A stretch of DNA of 64,000 nucleotides from Microgenomates group bacterium Gr01-1014_5. Its GTDB lineage: Bacteria; Patescibacteriota; Microgenomatia; UBA8517; UBA10165. Shown here in pieces: positions 59,002-64,000 of this stretch. Positions within the stretch are counted from its first letter, which is position 1. Each line of letters begins with the position of its first letter. Under the pieces are notes generated by a model. That model ran no database searches. It saw only the letters and a program-made list of their open reading frames with translations, and was not told the origin of the DNA. The position numbers were made by a program, and so were the translations under genes. Location of the stretch: assembly GCA_007376395.1 (NCBI GenBank), contig VMGE01000005.1, positions 2,821-66,820 on the forward strand, read 5' to 3'.

Positions 59002-59865
59002 TTACTTGCGAATAGAGAAGACGAAGCGGCTTCCGGGAGACCACTCAGAGTCAGAACCGGCCGATATGCTGGATAGCCAGGTACTCTCTCTGCGTGCTAA
59101 TAAAAAGACGTGCGGATCGCCATCGGAGCCGGCTACTTGCTTCATCGCAATACAGTACCAATCATTCGTGGGTTGGTTAGTATCCTGAATTCTGAGATCT
59201 GGTCCGACTTCAGCAGGGCATAAATCTGCTCCTAATTCATCAATTCGTGCGTAAACCTCTTTTATAGTCGCTCCGCGGTGAAATCCTAAAGCTGTGATTG
59301 GAGCTTTAAATAACCTGATCATTTGACCTTCAGCTATGGTTGTAAAATTACTGCTCCTTAACATATCCTCAGCATTGCTAGATATTTGATTTCCCATGTC
59401 TTTTACAAGCTGTAGTAATTTTTCTTTAGGAACTCCACCAATAGCTAAATCTATATCAGGAATGTGGACTTTGGGATAGTCGGTGTAGATATGATAAAGG
59501 TGCCCGATCCTTGGAAAAACAGGAATAATTTTATGTTTGTCGTCATAATTTACAAACGAACCTAAATAGGCCTCGGTCTTATCATTAACCTCATCGGGAT
59601 GCTGAGCAATTTGTTCTAGAGTTAATCCCAAAGCAGTCGCCATTCTTTCTCTATCAGTTACTATAGTTGCTGTTGCTGTGAACTCTACGCTTGTTTGAAT
59701 TTCTTGAAGCCTGGGTTGTTTTAAAATAGTTGTGAAGCGTTCTGGCAGAAGTCCTTGGCGACGCAAGCCGTCCACAAAATCATTAACTAATTCTATACCT
59801 TTAGAGTATAGTTTAGCCTCTTTAGCTGGGAGAGCACTCGGCAATTCTTTATAATTACTTGCCAT
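59002..59865 (-). CDS. Hypothetical protein; C-terminal domain resembles DGR variable (C-type lectin fold) proteins
   Basis: LCPAEVGPDLR...GDPHVF...WL...W...RFVF..RK terminal pattern. Confidence 0.6.
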   Translation of the reverse strand: MASNYKELPSALPAKEAKLYSKGIELVNDFVDGLRRQGLLPERFTTILKQPRLQEIQTSVEFTATATIVTDRERMATALGLTLEQIAQHPDEVNDKTEAYLGSFVNYDDKHKIIPVFPRIGHLYHIYTDYPKVHIPDIDLAIGGVPKEKLLQLVKDMGNQISSNAEDMLRSSNFTTIAEGQMIRLFKAPITALGFHRGATIKEVYARIDELGADLCPAEVGPDLRIQDTNQPTNDWYCIAMKQVAGSDGDPHVFLLARRESTWLSSISAGSDSEWSPGSRFVFSIRK

Positions 59866-60135
59866 ATATTTGAGTATATTAGCAAACTATGAGCTAATTA
59901 TCAAATATGTGTCACAATCGGCCGCTTGAAGCGTTTTGTGTTTCATGCTATAAGTAACGCTATGAACGAGCATTGGGAGGATATCTTTTTTGAAGATTAG
60001 AAAGCTCCTGCCCATTCTCTCCTCAGAGTCGCCCGCAGCTCCAAGCTTTGCTTATAGCCTCAAAATCTCCATTTTTGATCGCAATTCTGATCCTAGACAT
60101 CAAATCGTTCGTAAAATACACATTGTGGAATGAGG

Positions 60136-60516
60136 CTAATCGTGAGGATTCATTGTCTTAATGTCTTTCATGGGAAAGTGTTTTAGATTGAGAGATACCA
60201 AGGTAGCATTGTGTACATTCGCAGTACCTGCAATTAAACAATCAGTTAGGCTAAGATTTTTAAGTTTGCTTGAATACTGCTGCCAATAGAATCCAGCTTG
60301 TTTGGCTATCGGTATAATCACGTCAAGTATTTGAAATTCGTTTAATAGATTCTCGGTGACTACAATTTCAGAAGGATAAATATTTTTATAAATCTCAGCA
60401 ATTGTTATTGTCGAAATACAAAGAGAACCCTTATGTTTCAAGTGTTGGAGTAACTTTGCATATTTTTTATCCCCTCGTAAAATCCATATAAGAATATCTG
60501 TGTCAACCAGGTACAT
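60136..60516 (-). CDS. vapC: PIN-domain VapC-type toxin
   Basis: YLVDTDILI, ITIAEI, LTDCLIAGTA, NLKHF. Confidence 0.9.
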   Translation of the reverse strand: MYLVDTDILIWILRGDKKYAKLLQHLKHKGSLCISTITIAEIYKNIYPSEIVVTENLLNEFQILDVIIPIAKQAGFYWQQYSSKLKNLSLTDCLIAGTANVHNATLVSLNLKHFPMKDIKTMNPHD

Positions 60517-60519
60517 AGG

Positions 60520-60798
60520 TTAGAAATTACGATCTGAAGCTTTTCTGCTCTGTTTCAGCCATCTTATGACATCATTTTTTGTTCTCCACTCAGGATGATC
60601 TTCTCTCATAAAAACACCGGAAGCGTCCTCAAGTGCCTTTCCGAACGTCTCAGGATTAAATTCTTTAGTCCTCACAAGTTGAACTATTTCTTGATCTTTT
60701 TTTTCATCTTTTAAAATGACTGTGTGTCCTTCTTTTGCTTTTGCAATATAATCTGCAATCTGCTCACGAAACTGACTTATTGATACAGTGAATGTCAT
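60520..60798 (-). CDS. Phd/YefM-like antitoxin
   Basis: TVSISQFREQIADYI N-terminus; 3 bp upstream of the PIN toxin. Confidence 0.75.
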   Translation of the reverse strand: MTFTVSISQFREQIADYIAKAKEGHTVILKDEKKDQEIVQLVRTKEFNPETFGKALEDASGVFMREDHPEWRTKNDVIRWLKQSRKASDRNF

Positions 60799-60804
60799 GA
60801 TTGT

Positions 60805-60833
60805 ATATTAGTACATTATGTACATAATGTCAA
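60805..60833 (-). promoter_or_regulatory. TA operon promoter with perfect 18-bp palindromic operator
   Basis: Minus strand TTGACA, 17 bp, TAATAT, 6 nt, ATG; ACATTATGTACATAATGT at 60813-60830. Confidence 0.75.
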
Positions 60834-60845
60834 TAGCTAATTTGT

Positions 60846-62027
60846 TTACCATTCTTTTTTTAGAACCTGGAAATCATTATTTTCCAAAGATTGTCTTATT
60901 CTTTCCATCAAATCATTCATAAAATGCACATTATGAATCGAGGCTAGTCTAAACCCTGAAAGTTCGCGAGCAACAAGAAGATGGTGTAAATAAGCAGCAG
61001 AATAATTCTGGCAGGTATAACATTGGCAAATTTTACTTATTGCTTGTTTCTTGTTACTTGTTACTTTTTTTGTCACATCGAGTCGAAACTTGTTTTTCTT
61101 AGTTCCGCCGTCTTCCGGGTAAATGTACAACAACCCGGAACGGGCAATCCGAGTAACCGAGGTGTTATCAAAGGTATCAACTCCCCGGATTACAGCTTCA
61201 AAAACACCTTCCGGCCCGCCGCCCAAACCCAAAGCGTGAACCGGCTTGTCATCTGGAATCATATCAACAATTGTGTCCAGAGCTTGCCCGGTAATCTTTG
61301 GGTCAACGCCTATCGTTTGGTCGCCAACTGCAATTCCTGGAAACCCAGTATCTAAAATAAACTGCATAAATCCTCTTCGTACTTTCCTATCCAGCTGACC
61401 TTGGACTATGCCATAGAGTGCTTGGAAGTTTTTTCTTTTCTTTTGTATTTCTTCCCAAGCCTTAAAAGACCTCTCTTCCCAAAGAAAAGTCCTTCTTATA
61501 GAGTCTGTTAATTTTTTATGAGAATCAGAGAAAGCTAGCGGTTGGTCAAAAGCCATAATAATATCGGCATTTAAAACAGATTGAATCTCCATTGATCTTT
61601 CTGGAGTAATTAATTGTTTTGACCCGTCAACATACGACCTAAAGGTCGCCCCTTCGTCAGTAATTTTGACAATTTCTGCTTCCCGCTCACTACCCACTAC
61701 CAATTCCTTACCCTGTGTCCTTAAAAAGGACACCTGGTATCCTCCCGAATCCGTAATCGTTGGCCCATCCCACTTCATAAACGGCGCAAAGCCGCCAAAT
61801 TCTTTTATCACTTCCAGCCCCGGACGAAGCAAAAGGTGGTAGGTGTTTGCCAAAACAACTTGCGAGCGGCTTTGGATAATATCTTCTGTGTCTAAGGCTT
61901 TTACTGTCGCAGTTGTGGCAACCGGAGTATATGCCGGAGTTTGTATTTCGCCATGTGGTGTTTTGATTACTCCCAAACGTGCCCGTGTCTTTTTGTCTTT
62001 AGCTTTAATTTGGAATGAAAAATCCAT
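60846..62027 (-). CDS. tgt: tRNA-guanine transglycosylase family protein
   Basis: ARLGVIKTPHG, LANTYHL, TDSGGYQV, GIVQG, zinc site CQCYTC...HN; start ATG 62027. Confidence 0.92.
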   Translation of the reverse strand: MDFSFQIKAKDKKTRARLGVIKTPHGEIQTPAYTPVATTATVKALDTEDIIQSRSQVVLANTYHLLLRPGLEVIKEFGGFAPFMKWDGPTITDSGGYQVSFLRTQGKELVVGSEREAEIVKITDEGATFRSYVDGSKQLITPERSMEIQSVLNADIIMAFDQPLAFSDSHKKLTDSIRRTFLWEERSFKAWEEIQKKRKNFQALYGIVQGQLDRKVRRGFMQFILDTGFPGIAVGDQTIGVDPKITGQALDTIVDMIPDDKPVHALGLGGGPEGVFEAVIRGVDTFDNTSVTRIARSGLLYIYPEDGGTKKNKFRLDVTKKVTSNKKQAISKICQCYTCQNYSAAYLHHLLVARELSGFRLASIHNVHFMNDLMERIRQSLENNDFQVLKKEW

Positions 62028-62070
62028 ATAGGAATAATACATTATTGCAGTGCGGTGATATACTGTAAGT

Positions 62071-62343
62071 GTGGGTATAGGAGTAAACGGCGTCAATTCC
62101 GTAGGTATTGGAGCAATAGAAAGAAGGGGTAGTCCTGGGGTGTTATATGGCAATACTCCCGACCAACAAGTAAAAAGGGTAGCTAGCCAGACTCCAAAAA
62201 GTGCGAGTACTGACGGAAATGGCGATATTACTTACAGCGGAGGACTACACCTAGAAAGCAAAGTCCCCACCAAAGAACCCTCTTTTCCTGGAGATGTGCA
62301 AATTGCCGCAGTCAAAGGTAACAATATTGACGCCATTGTTTAA
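62071..62343 (+). CDS. Hypothetical protein
   Basis: 90 aa; extended -10 TGaTATACT 6 nt before GTG; fills the gap once the tgt start is corrected. Confidence 0.45.
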   Translation: MGIGVNGVNSVGIGAIERRGSPGVLYGNTPDQQVKRVASQTPKSASTDGNGDITYSGGLHLESKVPTKEPSFPGDVQIAAVKGNNIDAIV

Positions 62344-62415
62344 GCATTTTTGGTACTTGACTTCGTATTTTCTTCGGGTGTAAAACTAACTTGTCTCGAG
62401 GAGGGACAACGAGAG

Positions 62416-62676
62416 ATGATTCACAAACTTAACGCTCCTGTTTCGGTCAAACTTATTTATGATCACAAATCCCATACTGTTTTTCCTCAAGAAGTCGGCT
62501 GGGAAGGAAGAGTTTATCCTATTATTAAAATCGGGCTGCACCACACCTTCCGGACTGGCCGCACTCTTTACCACGTTTTCTCTGTTGCCTCAAAAACCCT
62601 CTTTTTCCGGCTTGTTTTAGACACAGACACTTTACATTGGCGGTTAGAGGAGGCGTCCGATGGACTACCGGACTAA
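62416..62676 (+). CDS. Small protein upstream of dinB (DUF6504/ImuB C-terminal-like)
   Basis: RBS GAGGAGG, ATG 62416; WEGRVY...FSV...FRLVLD...WRL pattern. Confidence 0.65.
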   Translation: MIHKLNAPVSVKLIYDHKSHTVFPQEVGWEGRVYPIIKIGLHHTFRTGRTLYHVFSVASKTLFFRLVLDTDTLHWRLEEASDGLPD

Positions 62677-62719
62677 AAAATTAGAAATTAAAAATTAGAA
62701 ATTAGAAATTAAATCTACT

Positions 62720-63988
62720 ATGCAACAGCTAACAAGTCTCCTAAAATTACCGTTTAATCCTGCTCCGTCTTATATAATGCACTTGGATTTAAATTCCTGC
62801 TTTGCCTCAATCGAACAACAAGCAAATCCTCATTTGCGCGGAAAACCTGTCGCAGTCGCCGCATACGCAACCAAAAATGGCTGTATTCTCGCCCCATCTG
62901 TCGAAGCAAAGCGTTTCGGCGTCAAAACCGGAATGCGGGTGCGTGATGGATTAGCTCTCTGCCCAAGTTTAATCGTTTTACCTCCTGACCCTTGGAAATA
63001 CAGAGATGTGCACCTTTCCTTCCGACAGCTTTTTGGAGAGTACACAAATGATGTTTTACCCAAATCAATTGACGAATTTGTTTTAGATTTAAAAGGCTAT
63101 CCGGCCTGTGGGAATGGTATGGAGCAGGTTGCACTGGAACTTAAAGACCGCGTCAAAAAAGAAATCGGCGAGTGGTTGACAGTTTCTGTTGGCATTGCTC
63201 CGAACAGGTATTTGGCCAAGACCGGAGCAGGTTTAAACAAACCAGACGGGTTAGACGAAATTAATAAAAATAACTTTAAGAAAATCTACCGGAATTTAAA
63301 GTTAACAGACCTTTGCGGGATAAAGCTAGCCAATGCAGTCCGGTTAAACAGAATGGGGATTTCTACTGTTTTGGATTTTTATGAAGCGCCGTTTTGGAAA
63401 TTAAAATCAGCCTTCGCCTCGATTAACGGCTATTACTGGTATGCTCGTTTGCGTGGTTGGGAGGTAGATAATATAGCGTTTGGGAGAAAAAGCTATGGCA
63501 ACTCGTACGCCTTACCAAAACCTTTTTCCGCCATTTGGCGCCTGACGCCAATTTTACAAAAACTGGTAGAAAAAGCAGGAGCCAGAATGAGAAGGGCAGG
63601 ATACAAAGCCCGCGGCGTACACTTAGCTATTTCGTACCGCGACCGCACTTTTTGGCATCGCGGAATGGCACTGTCCGAACTAATCTTTGACTCACGCGAT
63701 ATTTACAAATATGCATTTCGACTGCTGTTGTCTGCACCAGAGCAAAAACCCGCGGCAAATCTCGCAGTTTCTTGCTTTAATCTGGCGAAGATCAAAGAGC
63801 CGCAGTTGACCTTGTTTGAAGATTTATTAAAAAAAGAGAAGTTGGTGCGGGCTGTTGACCGCGTTAATAACCACTGGGGAAACTTCGTCATTACCCCTGC
63901 CAGAATGCTTGGAACAGGTGGTTACATTCCAGACCGCATTTCCTTTGGCGGAGTTAAAGAACTGGAAGAATTTACCTTTCAAACATGA
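62720..63988 (+). CDS. dinB: Y-family DNA polymerase IV
   Basis: MHLDLNSCFASIEQ, SVEAKRFGVKTGM, SIDE, SVGIAPNRYLAK, KPDG. Confidence 0.93.
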   Translation: MQQLTSLLKLPFNPAPSYIMHLDLNSCFASIEQQANPHLRGKPVAVAAYATKNGCILAPSVEAKRFGVKTGMRVRDGLALCPSLIVLPPDPWKYRDVHLSFRQLFGEYTNDVLPKSIDEFVLDLKGYPACGNGMEQVALELKDRVKKEIGEWLTVSVGIAPNRYLAKTGAGLNKPDGLDEINKNNFKKIYRNLKLTDLCGIKLANAVRLNRMGISTVLDFYEAPFWKLKSAFASINGYYWYARLRGWEVDNIAFGRKSYGNSYALPKPFSAIWRLTPILQKLVEKAGARMRRAGYKARGVHLAISYRDRTFWHRGMALSELIFDSRDIYKYAFRLLLSAPEQKPAANLAVSCFNLAKIKEPQLTLFEDLLKKEKLVRAVDRVNNHWGNFVITPARMLGTGGYIPDRISFGGVKELEEFTFQT

Positions 63989-64000
63989 AGCTCCCGCGAC
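63985..64000 (-). mobile_element. Right end of a further family-B element (runs off window end)
   Basis: ATGAAGCTCCCGCGAC matches 40773-40788 at 15/16; its TGA is the dinB stop. Confidence 0.6.

Noticed and set aside
62028-62153. N-terminal extension of tgt
   Set aside because: TGT homology starts at MDFSF (62027); the extension overlaps a divergent promoter and ORF

Overview
The window is gene-dense, low-GC and bacterial (code 11). Its gene content and compact architecture suggest Patescibacteria/CPR, probably Microgenomates; this is an inference. About 1-47 kb is a giant surface-glycosylation locus, almost all on the minus strand. It holds 18 polytopic GT-C-fold glycosyltransferases plus one half-length GT-C, 11 GT2 (5 resembling polyprenol-phosphate sugar synthases), 2 GT4 and 3 Wzx-type flippases. 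About 47-64 kb is mostly housekeeping: trmD, tsaB, tsaE, ftsEX with an M23 peptidase, prfB, tgt, a VapBC-type pair and dinB. The most unusual signal is a set of tiny palindromic elements inside coding sequences. Four are copies of two related non-autonomous IS200/IS605-type elements (reconstructed lengths 105 and 129 bp, both multiples of 3) whose guide and cleavage-site tetranucleotides co-vary as expected for a Y1 transposase. There is also a TIR-MITE, REP-like micro-hairpins in trmD and a GT2, and in-frame heptamer repeats. Other notable items are a TrpR/YerC-like gene bracketed by identical 31-bp palindromes, a circularly permuted M23 peptidase, an atypical TGT pocket, a possible orphan DGR target, and pervasive leaderless-type promoters. 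No rRNA, tRNA or CRISPR array was seen.
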